In this document: piece after piece, positions 18,837 through 28,061 of the stretch | Layout of the letters: each line of letters opens with the position of its first letter | Numbering within the stretch: position 1 is the first letter of the stretch | NCBI GenBank assembly: GCA_041685355.1 | Contig: JAWLFY010000005.1 | Coordinates: forward strand, 5,269 to 69,268 | DNA: 64,000 nucleotides | Origin: Pirellulaceae bacterium | Lineage (GTDB): Bacteria; Planctomycetota; Planctomycetia; Pirellulales; Pirellulaceae | Reading direction: 5' to 3' | Notes under the pieces: model-generated | What the model was told of the DNA's origin: nothing | Database searches by the model: none | What the model saw: the letters and a program-made list of their open reading frames with translations, nothing else | Made by a program: the position numbers and the translations under genes

Positions 18837-20087
18837 ATGACCGCTCGGCCTCTCGCCGGGTCACGTCGCCCGCCTTCGCACGAGTCCCGTCTGATGTCCC
18901 CGCCCCGACCGAGACCTCAACCGGATCCCGCGTCCGAAAACCCCTTGGCTTTCGACATCGAGAATCTGCTGCGGCCGATCTCCGACGCGGAACCCGGTGG
19001 CGACCCGCTCGCCTACAGCCACTGGCTTCGCTCCCAACTGTCGCAGCTCCGCAACCCGGCCCGCTCGGCCAACCCCGACGACCCGGTCCGCGACGTCGAT
19101 GAGCTGATCGATTGGGGCGAGATCTTTGACACGTCTTCGCGAGCGCTCGGTGAAACGACGAAAGACCTGCGTGTCGTTTGCCACTTGACCGAGGCGGCGA
19201 TGCACCGCTTCGGTTTGGCGGGACTCCGCACGGGGATCGTCCTGCTGCGGCGGTTGTGCGAAGAGAACTGGGATTCGCTCGCCCCCGCGGTCGACCCGGA
19301 CGACCCCGAAGTCCGCTGCGCCCCGCTAGAGAACCTGCTCGACGACCCGAATCACGGTCCCCGTCTTCCGACCGCTCTCCGGGCGCTGCCGATCCTGCCG
19401 ACTGACCCGCAACCGGTCAGCTTGATCACGGCGTTGGCGACCAAAGACGAAAAGGCCGCGTCCGATCTGTCCGCGTCGATCGATCGGATTCCCGTCGAGA
19501 CCGCGAACACGCTCTCGTCAGAACTGAACGAGACGTCCGGCGAACTGGACGCGTTGCAGCACGTGTTGCTCGAACGGATGGGAGACTACGCCCCGACGTT
19601 CCTGCACCTCCGTGAATCGCTCGACCTGCTGCGGCAATGGCTCGATAAAGTCTTGGAACCGCAATTGCGTTCGGGCCCGGTCGCCGCCGAAAGCGACTCG
19701 CCGGTGCCCCCCCCCGACGTTCCCGCGACCGCCGACGATTCCGATGACGGGGCCTCGGCCGGCGGGGTGATCCGACGCGACCGGGCGATCGGTCGCCGCG
19801 ACCCGGCCGGCGGCGATCCCGGCGAAGCGCCCGAACGCGTGCTCGATCGAACCGACGTGCTGCGGGCCGACGCGTACCGCCAGCTGACCCGCGCGGCGGA
19901 CGTGTTGCGTCGGATCGAGCCGCACAGCCCGATCCCGTACATGGTTCAACGCGCGGTGCGTCTCGGCCAACTGCCGTTGCCGGAACTGATGGCCGTGATC
20001 GTGCGCGACGAATCGACGCTTGCGACCTACAGCCGCGAGCTAGGGTTGTCCGGCTTCGGGCCGGAGTCATCCGACGATGAGCCCTGA
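18837..20087 (+). CDS. tssA: Type VI secretion protein TssA (ImpA N-terminal domain family)
   Basis: The ImpA_N signature 'LLRPISDAEPGGDPLAYSHWL' and the C-terminal 'IEPHSPIPYMVQRAVRLGQLPLPELM' are both typical of TssA/ImpA proteins. An alternative ATG lies at 18894. Confidence 0.85.
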   Translation: MTARPLAGSRRPPSHESRLMSPPRPRPQPDPASENPLAFDIENLLRPISDAEPGGDPLAYSHWLRSQLSQLRNPARSANPDDPVRDVDELIDWGEIFDTSSRALGETTKDLRVVCHLTEAAMHRFGLAGLRTGIVLLRRLCEENWDSLAPAVDPDDPEVRCAPLENLLDDPNHGPRLPTALRALPILPTDPQPVSLITALATKDEKAASDLSASIDRIPVETANTLSSELNETSGELDALQHVLLERMGDYAPTFLHLRESLDLLRQWLDKVLEPQLRSGPVAAESDSPVPPPDVPATADDSDDGASAGGVIRRDRAIGRRDPAGGDPGEAPERVLDRTDVLRADAYRQLTRAADVLRRIEPHSPIPYMVQRAVRLGQLPLPELMAVIVRDESTLATYSRELGLSGFGPESSDDEP

Positions 20088-20164
20088 ACACCGTTCTCGT
20101 ACCGTCCGGACGCTCCGGTCGGTTGTGGTTCCCTTTTTACGTTTCCGATTTCAAGGAGCATCCC

Positions 20165-20695
20165 ATGGGTGACAGTTTGCAACACACGTTGGACCGAGTC
20201 CGACGTCCCCGAGTTCAGGTGACCTACGACGTCGAGACCGGCGGCGCCTTGGAGCGAAAAGAGCTCCCGCTCGTCGTCGGCGTGATGGCGGACCTGTCGG
20301 GCCAACCGGCCGAACCGAACGCGCCGCTCAAGCAGCGAAAGTTCGTCCCGGTCGACCGCGACAACTTGAACGACGTGCTCGCCAGCAGCAAGGCCCGCGT
20401 CGCGGCCCGCGTCCCGAACCGGCTGGCCGACGACAACACCGAGCTCCCGGTCGAACTGAAGTTCCAGTCGCTCGAAGACTTCGAACCGGAACAGGTCGCC
20501 CGCCAGGTCCCCGCCCTCCGCGAACTGCTCGAGATGCGGACCCAACTGTCGAACCTGCTCGGCAAGCTGGAAGGCAACGACAAGCTCGAACAACTGCTCG
20601 GCGAAGTGCTCGAGAACGGCGAAACCGCCCAGTCATTGGCCGGCGATCTCGGCGTCGAAGACGAGAAGAAAGACTCGGAAGAAAAGTCCAAGTGA
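20165..20695 (+). CDS. tssB: Type VI secretion sheath small subunit TssB (VipA)
   Basis: ATG at 20165 with AAGGAG upstream. 'RPRVQVTYDVETGGALERKELPLVVGVMADLSG' matches the TssB N-terminal core. Confidence 0.92.
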   Translation: MGDSLQHTLDRVRRPRVQVTYDVETGGALERKELPLVVGVMADLSGQPAEPNAPLKQRKFVPVDRDNLNDVLASSKARVAARVPNRLADDNTELPVELKFQSLEDFEPEQVARQVPALRELLEMRTQLSNLLGKLEGNDKLEQLLGEVLENGETAQSLAGDLGVEDEKKDSEEKSK

Positions 20696-20760
20696 CCTTT
20701 CGGACGCTCTGACGCACCCCCCTTTCCTTCGTACTTACCCGAATCCCACGGAACCGAATC

Positions 20761-22233
20761 ATGGCACAAGCCCAAACCGAAGCGGCCGGCGGCGCCGCAG
20801 TCGCCGAACTGTCACTGATCGATCAGATCCTCGACCAAACCCGCGCCCTCGACGACAACGAGCGGGAGCGGAACCAGACCTACATCGAGCAATTCGTCCG
20901 CAAGGTGCTCGACGGCCAAACGACGATCAGCAAAGACGTCGTCACCACGATCACCAACTGGATCGCCGACATCGACCACAAGTTGTCGGTGCAGTTGAGC
21001 GAGGTGATGCACTGCGACGAGTTCCAGAAGCTCGAAGGGACATGGCGCGGCCTGCACTACCTGACCCAGAACAGCGAGACGGGGACGAGCCTCAAGATCC
21101 GCGTGCTGAACGTCAAGAAGGCCGAATTGCAGAAAGACCTGGAGAAGGCCGTCGAGTTTGACCAGAGCACGCTGTTCCGCAAGTGCTACGAAGAGGAGTA
21201 CGGACAACTCGGTGGCGAACCCTACGGGATGCTCGTCGGCGATTACCACTTCAGCCGCACCGCTGACGACGTCAACTTGGTGCGGTTGATCAGCAACGTC
21301 GCCGCCGCCGCGCACGCCCCGTTCGTCGCCGGCGCCGACCCGAACCTGTTCAACATGGACACGTTCACCGAGCTCAGCGGGCCGCGGGACCTGGCGAAGA
21401 TCTTCCAGGGTGTCGAGTACGCCGGGTGGCGGAGCTTCCGCGAGAGCGAGGACAGCCGCTACGTCGCGTTGACCCTGCCGAACGTGCTGGGACGGCTCCC
21501 CTACGGCCAAGAGTTCAAGAAGATCGAAGCGTTCGACTTCGAAGAACAGGTCGACGGCAGCAAACACCAGCAGTACTTGTGGATGAACGCGTCGTGGGCC
21601 TATGCGGCTCGCGTCACCGACGCGTTCTCTAAGCACGGTTGGTTCGCCCAGACCCGCGGGGTCGAAGGGGGCGGCAAGGTCGAAGGGTTGCCCGTGCACA
21701 CCTTCCCGACCGACGACGGCGACGTCGCGATGAAGTGCCCGACCGAAATCGCGATCACCGACCGTCGCGAGTTCGAACTGTCGAACCTCGGCTTCCTGCC
21801 GCTGGTGCACTGCAAGAACACCGACTACGCCGCGTTCCTCGGGGCGCAGAGCTGCCAGAAGCCGAAGACGTACTTCGAAGACGACGCCAACGCCAACGCC
21901 GAGTTGTCCTCGAAGATCAACTACCTGATGTGCGTCAGCCGCTTCGCGCATTACCTGAAGGTGATGGCCCGCGACAAGATCGGGTCGACGATGGAACGCG
22001 GGGAGTGCCAGGAATGGCTCAACGATTGGATCAGCAACTACGTCTGCGACCCGGTCACCGCCGGTGACGAGACGAAGGCCGAACGGCCGCTGAGCGAAGC
22101 CCGCGTCGAAGTCGCCGAGATCGCCGGACGCCCCGGTTGGTACGAGGCGATCGCGTACCTGCGTCCGCATTTCCAGATGGAAACGTTGGGCGCCTCGATG
22201 CGACTCGTCGCCGAAGTCCCGCAACAGGGTTAA
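20761..22233 (+). CDS. tssC: Type VI secretion sheath large subunit TssC (VipB)
   Basis: 490 aa. 'FQKLEGTWRGLHYL', 'LKIRVLNVKKAEL', 'YGMLVGDYHF', 'AAAAHAPFVAG', 'YVALTLPNVLGRLPYG', consistent with the VipB family throughout. Confidence 0.95.
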   Translation: MAQAQTEAAGGAAVAELSLIDQILDQTRALDDNERERNQTYIEQFVRKVLDGQTTISKDVVTTITNWIADIDHKLSVQLSEVMHCDEFQKLEGTWRGLHYLTQNSETGTSLKIRVLNVKKAELQKDLEKAVEFDQSTLFRKCYEEEYGQLGGEPYGMLVGDYHFSRTADDVNLVRLISNVAAAAHAPFVAGADPNLFNMDTFTELSGPRDLAKIFQGVEYAGWRSFRESEDSRYVALTLPNVLGRLPYGQEFKKIEAFDFEEQVDGSKHQQYLWMNASWAYAARVTDAFSKHGWFAQTRGVEGGGKVEGLPVHTFPTDDGDVAMKCPTEIAITDRREFELSNLGFLPLVHCKNTDYAAFLGAQSCQKPKTYFEDDANANAELSSKINYLMCVSRFAHYLKVMARDKIGSTMERGECQEWLNDWISNYVCDPVTAGDETKAERPLSEARVEVAEIAGRPGWYEAIAYLRPHFQMETLGASMRLVAEVPQQG

Positions 22234-22250
22234 ACGCCCGCGGGATGAAA

Positions 22251-22277
22251 CGCGAACCGGCGCGTCGCCGGTTCGCG
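22251..22277 (+). promoter_or_regulatory. Perfect 12-bp stem-loop between tssC and hcp (no U-tract)
   Basis: CGCGAACCGGCG-cgt-CGCCGGTTCGCG read directly, 18 nt after the tssC stop. It is followed by gcgattcc, with no T-run. Confidence 0.5.
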
Positions 22278-22341
22278 GCGATTCCAGACTGACAAGTTCA
22301 AAACCGACCTAACGAACGAATTCACGAAGCGAGGACCTACC

Positions 22342-22848
22342 ATGGCAGTCGACTATTTCCTGAAGATTGATGGCATTAGCGGCGAATCCGAGGACGACAA
22401 GCACAAGGACGAGATCGAGATCGTCGATTTCGAATGGGGCGAAGAACAAACCTCCAACTTCGCCCAAGGCGGCGGCGGCGGTGGCGGCAAGGTCAAGATG
22501 GCCAACTTCAAGTTCCGCACGTTCCTCAACAGCGCCTCCCCGGCCCTGATGCAGTCGTGTGCCGAAGGGAAGCACATCAAGGACGCCGTGTTCACCTGCC
22601 GCAAGGCGGGCGGCGGCCAGAAGGATTACTACAAGGTCACGATGGAAGACCTGATCGTCGCGTCGTGCCACATCAGTGGCGGGAACGGCAACGTCGAAGA
22701 GGGCGGCTACGTCGACGGGCACCCGATCGAAGAGATCACGCTCAACTTCGGCAAGATCAAGTGGGAATACCACCCGCAGAAGAACGACGGCTCGCTCAAC
22801 TCGGCGAAGACCGGCGGCTACGACCTGAAGAAGAACACGCGGGTCTGA
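22342..22848 (+). CDS. hcp: Type VI secretion tube protein Hcp (TssD)
   Basis: 168 aa. 'MAVDYFLKIDGISGESEDDKHKDEIEIVDFEWG' is a classic Hcp N-terminus, and the length is typical. Confidence 0.93.
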   Translation: MAVDYFLKIDGISGESEDDKHKDEIEIVDFEWGEEQTSNFAQGGGGGGGKVKMANFKFRTFLNSASPALMQSCAEGKHIKDAVFTCRKAGGGQKDYYKVTMEDLIVASCHISGGNGNVEEGGYVDGHPIEEITLNFGKIKWEYHPQKNDGSLNSAKTGGYDLKKNTRV

Positions 22849-22886
22849 TCGTCGTCGCTTGACGTCATCGAGCGGATCGAACCGAC

Positions 22887-22923
22887 GACCCGCGGGCGCA
22901 CTTAGGTCCGCGGGTCGTTTTTC
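22887..22923 (+). terminator. Rho-independent-type terminator after hcp
   Basis: GACCCGCGG-(12-nt loop)-CCGCGGGTC followed by GTTTTTC, 39 nt after the hcp stop. Confidence 0.6.
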
Positions 22924-22970
22924 ATCCGCACGGCCCCACCCGACGGCCCTCTCTGACCGGAACCGCAGCG

Positions 22971-23450
22971 ATGCCTATCTCCCGTGAAACGCAACTCTTG
23001 CCTAGCGTCTTCGACCGGCTCGCCGATCTGAGCGGTGACGGCATCAACAGCGACGAGTGGTACGACATCGACCGGCTGACCCAGGCGGTCCGCCGCGACT
23101 TGGAGGACCTGCTCAACACGCAAAGGACCGTTCCCGGTCTCGCGTCGTCGTTCCCGATGCTGGCCGAGTCGGTCGTCGGGTTCGGCGTCCCGGACCCGTC
23201 GACGTTCTCGCTGGAGACGCCGGCCGGGCGACGCCAATTCGCCGCGGCGCTGGTCCACACGATCCACACGTTCGAGCCGCGGCTCCGCGACGTCCGCATC
23301 GAACTGGGGGGCGACAGCGGGGAAAAGCTCCGCGACCTCCGCTTCCGCGTCGTCGCGCGACTGGCCGCCGAGCCGGCACCTCAGATCATCTTCGAATCCA
23401 AGCTCCATGTCCCGAGCGGACAGTTCAGCGTGGGGGAAGCGTCCCAATGA
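22971..23450 (+). CDS. tssE: Type VI secretion baseplate protein TssE (gp25-like)
   Basis: 159 aa. 'LLPSVFDRLAD', 'DLEDLLNTQR', 'FGVPD'. The stop overlaps the tssF start (ATGA). Confidence 0.88.
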   Translation: MPISRETQLLPSVFDRLADLSGDGINSDEWYDIDRLTQAVRRDLEDLLNTQRTVPGLASSFPMLAESVVGFGVPDPSTFSLETPAGRRQFAAALVHTIHTFEPRLRDVRIELGGDSGEKLRDLRFRVVARLAAEPAPQIIFESKLHVPSGQFSVGEASQ

Positions 23451-25279
23451 CCCAAACACTGTTTCAGTACTACGAACGCGAACTGCAGTACCAACGCGAG
23501 CAGGCGTGCGACTTCGCGGCGCGTTATCCGGCGGCCGCCGGGCGGTTGCGGATGGACGCCACCGGTGTCAGCGACCCGCACGTCGAACGGATCATCCAAT
23601 CCGTGTCGCTGCTCGCCGCCCGCGTTCATAAGCGACTCGACGACGACTTGCCCGAAGTCACCGACGCGTTGTTGTCGATCCTGTATCCGCACTACTTGCG
23701 TCCGATCCCGTCGATGGCGATCGTCGAACTGGCGGCCGATCCGGCGAACTTGCCGCCCGAAGGCTTGACCGTTCCCCGCGAGACGCCGCTGCGGACTTCC
23801 CCCGTCGGCGACCACGCGTGTCGCTATCGGACGACCCAGGAAACCGAGTTGTGGCCGATCGAGATCACCGACGTCGCGTTGCTGCAACCTCCCTTCGGGG
23901 ACTGCCCGGCGGTTCCCGCCGAGACCGGGTCGGCGCTCCGGATTCGGATCCGACACCTGCAAGGAAAGCCGCTTCGAGGCGTCCCGGTCGACCACCTCCG
24001 GTTTCACCTGACCGGCCCCGAAACGGTCGTGGCCGGGTTGTACGAGGGTCTGCTCAACGACGCGACCGAAGTCGTGTTTCGGGCCGCCGGGGTGGAACCG
24101 CGACGCCGTTCCGCCGAGTCGACGCTGACCGCCAGCGGGTTCGCCCGTGAGCAAGCGATGCTCCCCTCCCCCGAAGCCTCGTTCGAGGGCTACCGCTTGC
24201 TCACCGAACTGTTCTCCTTCCCCGACAAGTTCGCCTTTGTGGATCTCGGGGGATGGGACGAGATCCGCGACGACTTGTACTCGCCCGAGGTCGAGATCTG
24301 GGTGTTTCTCCGTTCGTCCCAGGACGAAATCGTCGGCGACGTTCGCAAGGACCACATCCGTCTCGGCTGCACGCCCGTGGTGAACCTGTACCCGAAAATT
24401 TGCGAGCCGATCCAATTCACCCGCCACCGGCCGGAGTACCGGGTCGTCCCCGACGCGTCGCGGCGGTTGGGGTGCGAGGTGTACTCGGTCGACGGACTCG
24501 ACAGCGCCCGTTCCGCGGGTGAGCGCGGTTGGCAACCGTTTTTCGATATCAGCCGCCGACACGCCGCCGACACCGCGGTCGGGTATTGGCACGCGGCCCG
24601 CCGCGAGAGTCAGGCGCCGGGGGACCACGGGACCGAGATCTATCTGCAACTGGTCGACGAACATTTCGACCCGTGTTATCCGGGGACCGAAGTCGTCGCG
24701 GTACGGGCGACGTGCACCGACCGTGACGTCCCGAATCTGCTTCGCCAACACGGCGACGCGGTGACGTGGCACGTCGACGCGCCGATTCCCGTCAAATCGG
24801 TCCGCTGCCTGAAACACCCCACGCCACCGCTGCGGCCCCCGGTGCGACGTCACGCCCATTGGAACCTGATCAGCCACCTGGCGCTGGGGCATCGGTTCCT
24901 CGAAGGGCCAGACGGACTCGACGCGCTCCGCGAGATCCTTCACCTGTACGATTTCTCCGACCCGAACTCGTACGACCCTCGCGGGGCGACCGCGCGACAG
25001 ATGATCGACGGGATCGTCGAGATGCGTCATCGGTCGGTCACCCGCCAAGTCGGGCCGCCGGAAGACGGGTGCTTCGCCCGCGGCTCGCAATTGACGTTCG
25101 TGCTCAGCGAGGACAACTACGAATCGGTCGGGGTGTTCCTGTTCGCCTCGGTGCTGCGACGATTCCTGGGGTTGGCGAGCGGGATCAACTCGTTCGTCGA
25201 AACGGTGATCGAGTCGAAGCAGCGTGACGGGGTCGTCGCGCACTTCCCGCCGCACGTCGGGGAGGAGCCGTCGCTGTGA
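23447..25279 (+). CDS. tssF: Type VI secretion baseplate protein TssF
   Basis: ATG at 23447 inside ORF 23057..25279. 'LFQYYERELQYQREQACDFAARYPAAAGRL' is the canonical TssF N-terminus. 610 aa. Confidence 0.92.
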   Translation: MTQTLFQYYERELQYQREQACDFAARYPAAAGRLRMDATGVSDPHVERIIQSVSLLAARVHKRLDDDLPEVTDALLSILYPHYLRPIPSMAIVELAADPANLPPEGLTVPRETPLRTSPVGDHACRYRTTQETELWPIEITDVALLQPPFGDCPAVPAETGSALRIRIRHLQGKPLRGVPVDHLRFHLTGPETVVAGLYEGLLNDATEVVFRAAGVEPRRRSAESTLTASGFAREQAMLPSPEASFEGYRLLTELFSFPDKFAFVDLGGWDEIRDDLYSPEVEIWVFLRSSQDEIVGDVRKDHIRLGCTPVVNLYPKICEPIQFTRHRPEYRVVPDASRRLGCEVYSVDGLDSARSAGERGWQPFFDISRRHAADTAVGYWHAARRESQAPGDHGTEIYLQLVDEHFDPCYPGTEVVAVRATCTDRDVPNLLRQHGDAVTWHVDAPIPVKSVRCLKHPTPPLRPPVRRHAHWNLISHLALGHRFLEGPDGLDALREILHLYDFSDPNSYDPRGATARQMIDGIVEMRHRSVTRQVGPPEDGCFARGSQLTFVLSEDNYESVGVFLFASVLRRFLGLASGINSFVETVIESKQRDGVVAHFPPHVGEEPSL

Positions 25280-26424
25280 CGATCGAATCCCCTGCCGCAT
25301 CCGCGAGCCTTTCGGCCAGCGTTTTCTCCGCGGCGACGCTCACCGACGCCGACCAGCTCCGGCTGCCCCGCGGCTCGGTCGCCCGCGAGTTGTTGGAAAC
25401 GCCCTGGAAGTTCGACTTCTTTCAATCCGTGCTGTTGTTGCAACAGGTCACCGCGTCGAACTCGGGCGCGCCGACAGCGCCGCTCGGTCGGTTTTCGCGT
25501 CCGAGCGACGAGGCGATGCGGTTCGCCGTCCCCGACAGCTTGGCGTTCCCCGGATCGACGATCCGTTCGATCGGATGGAACTTCGCCGAAGGACGCCCGA
25601 TCGTCCGCGTCAACTTCATGGGCCTCACCGGCCCCTCGGGGATGCTCCCCGACGCGTACACCGAACGGCTGCAGCGGATCGATCTGGGCTCGCGACACGA
25701 GAACCGGCATGCGCTCCGCGATTGGCTCGACAACTTCAATCACCGACTGATCTCGCTGTTCTTTGACGCGTGGGCGAAGTACCGCTTTCCGGTCGCGATC
25801 GAGCGTCAACGGATCGAATCGGAGCGGGGGCGGAAACGGGCGACGACGGTGCGGGTCGCGCTCTCCGCCGTCGCGGGACTCGACCCAGAGCACCGTGAGC
25901 AGGCGATCGATCGAGACGAGCTGTTGGGGCTCGCCGGAATGTTCGCCCAGCGGCCGATGACGGTCTGCAACCTGCAAGCGGCGCTGCGGCGGTCGCTCGG
26001 GGTACCGATCCGGATCCGACAATTCCAACCGGAGTGGCTGGTCGTCGAGCCCGATTCGCAAACGTCGCTCGGCATCGCCAACGGCATCCTCGGCCGCGAC
26101 GCGTTGGTCGGCGAGCGGATATGGAGCCGCGCGCAAAAGATCTTGATCGAGGTCGGGCCGTTATCGAGAGAGGACTTCCCGAGGTTTCTGCCGCCGACCG
26201 GTGAGAACCCTGGCGACGCGTACCGCAAACTCGCCGAACTGGTGCGGTTGGCGATCGGCCCCTCGACCGAGTTCGACATCCGACCGATGCTCAAGGTCGA
26301 AAGTCCCCTGGAGGTGCGTCTCTCTGCCGCCGACGAGGCGAACCGACTCGGCATCGACAGTTGGATGGGGACCCCCGAGAACGCCGAAACCGTCGGCGAC
26401 GCCGTCTTCGCCGGCGCCGCGTAG
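25276..26424 (+). CDS. tssG: Type VI secretion baseplate protein TssG
   Basis: GTG at 25276 overlaps the tssF stop (GTGA). 'PWKFDFFQSVLLLQQ' and 'RVNFMGLTGPSGMLP' are typical of TssG. Confidence 0.9.
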   Translation: MTIESPAASASLSASVFSAATLTDADQLRLPRGSVARELLETPWKFDFFQSVLLLQQVTASNSGAPTAPLGRFSRPSDEAMRFAVPDSLAFPGSTIRSIGWNFAEGRPIVRVNFMGLTGPSGMLPDAYTERLQRIDLGSRHENRHALRDWLDNFNHRLISLFFDAWAKYRFPVAIERQRIESERGRKRATTVRVALSAVAGLDPEHREQAIDRDELLGLAGMFAQRPMTVCNLQAALRRSLGVPIRIRQFQPEWLVVEPDSQTSLGIANGILGRDALVGERIWSRAQKILIEVGPLSREDFPRFLPPTGENPGDAYRKLAELVRLAIGPSTEFDIRPMLKVESPLEVRLSAADEANRLGIDSWMGTPENAETVGDAVFAGAA

Positions 26425-26538
26425 CGGGGCAGCCCGACATTCGACCCGGCGCGACGTGTCGGCCGTTGGGCCTGGATCCAAGGTAGACCGCCCAAGCCCA
26501 AGGAGCGATTCTTGGGCAACGGTTAAGATGGACAAATC

Positions 26539-26934
26539 ATGAACGCCAATAAAATCACATGGTTGCGAACAGGCTGTCTTGCCTTGCTCGCTCTGCTGTT
26601 CATTGTGGCGGGCATCAACCATTTCGCATCTCCTGATTTTTACTTGAAGATCATGCCGCCGTATTTGCCTTGGCCGTTGGCGTTGGTTTACGTGTCCGGG
26701 TTCTTTGAAGTGCTCGGCGGAATCGGCCTTGCGGTGCCACGGTTGCGTCGGGCAGCCGGTTGGGGATTGATCGCGTTGTTGATCGCGGTGTTTCCAGCGA
26801 ACTTGCACATGGTCGTTCATGCCGATGACTTTCCGGCGATTCCGTACTGGGCGTTGGTGGCCCGATTGCCGCTGCAAGGGTTGCTGATCGCGTGGGTGTG
26901 GTGGGTGGCTGTGCGGCCGCGAGGGACGTTATGA
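26539..26934 (+). CDS. DoxX-family small membrane protein
   Basis: 131 aa with four hydrophobic helices. 'LLFIVAGINHF', 'EVLGGIGL', 'FPANLHM'. Visibly more A/T-rich than the flanking genes. Confidence 0.8.
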   Translation: MNANKITWLRTGCLALLALLFIVAGINHFASPDFYLKIMPPYLPWPLALVYVSGFFEVLGGIGLAVPRLRRAAGWGLIALLIAVFPANLHMVVHADDFPAIPYWALVARLPLQGLLIAWVWWVAVRPRGTL

Positions 26935-26975
26935 TCGGGGGCTGAGCGGTCGCTGGCGGGGCGTCGGCCGATTCA

Positions 26976-27989
26976 TTGAGAGCCGTGCGTCTTGGAGTGG
27001 ACCTTGGAGTGGACCTTGGAGTGGACACCGTGAACGAACCGCATTCGATTGATGTTTCCTCGCCGGAGTCGTCCTCCCGCCCGCCGGGCGACGGCCGGGC
27101 CTCGCGCCGGGACCGAGTCTCGCGTCGGCGTTTTCTCGCGTCGGTCTCGGCGACGTGTGGTTCGGTGGCGTGCGTCGCCTCGACGGGGGCTGGGCGAGCG
27201 GGGGCGGGCGAGTTCACCGGCAAGATCAAAAAGGCGGTCAAGTTCCACATGATCTCCGGCGACGATCGCGACTTGCCGGTGGCGGATAAGTTTCGCCTGC
27301 TGCAAGATCTGGGGTTTGATGGCGTCGAGGTCCGCAGCGAGATGAAAGCGGACGCGGAGGAGAACCTGCGGGCGTACGAGAAGGCGCGGGACGCGGTCGG
27401 GTTTCCGATCCACGGCGTCATCCACTCCAGCAATCCCGATTTGGTGACCGCGATCGATCAGGCCAAGCGGTTGGGCGGCACATCGGTGTTGCACGTGGTC
27501 CGCTACGACAAGCGGATCGGATACCTCGAGAACTACCGGCAAACGCAAGAGATCATCCGGCGTGCGGTTGATCATGCGGCGAAACAGGACGTGATGATCC
27601 TGGTCGAGAACGTTTGGGCGTCGTACCTGATCGAGCCGCTCGGGATGGCCCGGTTCCTCGACGAGATCGATCATCCGGCGGTGGGCGCCTACTTCGACAT
27701 CGGCAACGTCGTCCGTTGGGGTTGGCCCGAACACTGGATCGAGGTGTTGGGGGAACGGATCAAGAAGCTCGACGTCAAAGAGTTCGACCTTGACGTCGCG
27801 ATGACCGAAGGGCTCCGCAAAGGGTTCGGGATGCCGTTGGGGACCGGCAGCGTCGATTGGGGGAAAGTCCGGGACGAGCTCGCGAAGCTGAACTACGAAG
27901 GCTGGGCGACCGCGGAGGTTCCCGGCGGCGACCGCGACCGGCTGGCCGACATCGCCGCCCAGATGGACCGCGTCCTGGACTTGGCGTGA
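26976..27989 (+). CDS. Sugar phosphate isomerase/epimerase (xylose isomerase-like TIM barrel), Tat-exported
   Basis: Twin-arginine motif 'SRRRFLASVSA'. TIM-barrel blocks 'GFDGVEV', 'LVENVW', 'YFDIGNVVRWG', 'KEFD'. The start is uncertain because the first codons lie in a 3 x 12-bp repeat (26991-27026). Confidence 0.8.
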   Translation: MRAVRLGVDLGVDLGVDTVNEPHSIDVSSPESSSRPPGDGRASRRDRVSRRRFLASVSATCGSVACVASTGAGRAGAGEFTGKIKKAVKFHMISGDDRDLPVADKFRLLQDLGFDGVEVRSEMKADAEENLRAYEKARDAVGFPIHGVIHSSNPDLVTAIDQAKRLGGTSVLHVVRYDKRIGYLENYRQTQEIIRRAVDHAAKQDVMILVENVWASYLIEPLGMARFLDEIDHPAVGAYFDIGNVVRWGWPEHWIEVLGERIKKLDVKEFDLDVAMTEGLRKGFGMPLGTGSVDWGKVRDELAKLNYEGWATAEVPGGDRDRLADIAAQMDRVLDLA

Positions 27990-28061
27990 GTGCCTCCCGT
28001 ATGTGAGCCCACCCGGGCTATCGCCCGAGTTCCGTCTACTTCGTGATTCCACACCGTTCTC

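Noticed and set aside
20812-22224. 470-aa ORF antisense to tssC.
   Set aside because: It is a high-GC shadow frame, rich in R/V/D/L/G with no motifs. The + strand product is an unambiguous TssC.
23381-25300. 639-aa ORF antisense to tssF. Also the 23057 start that would extend tssF 130 aa upstream through tssE.
   Set aside because: It is a shadow ORF with Arg/Pro/Gly-rich composition. The TssF N-terminal consensus begins exactly at the ATG at 23447, which overlaps the tssE stop.
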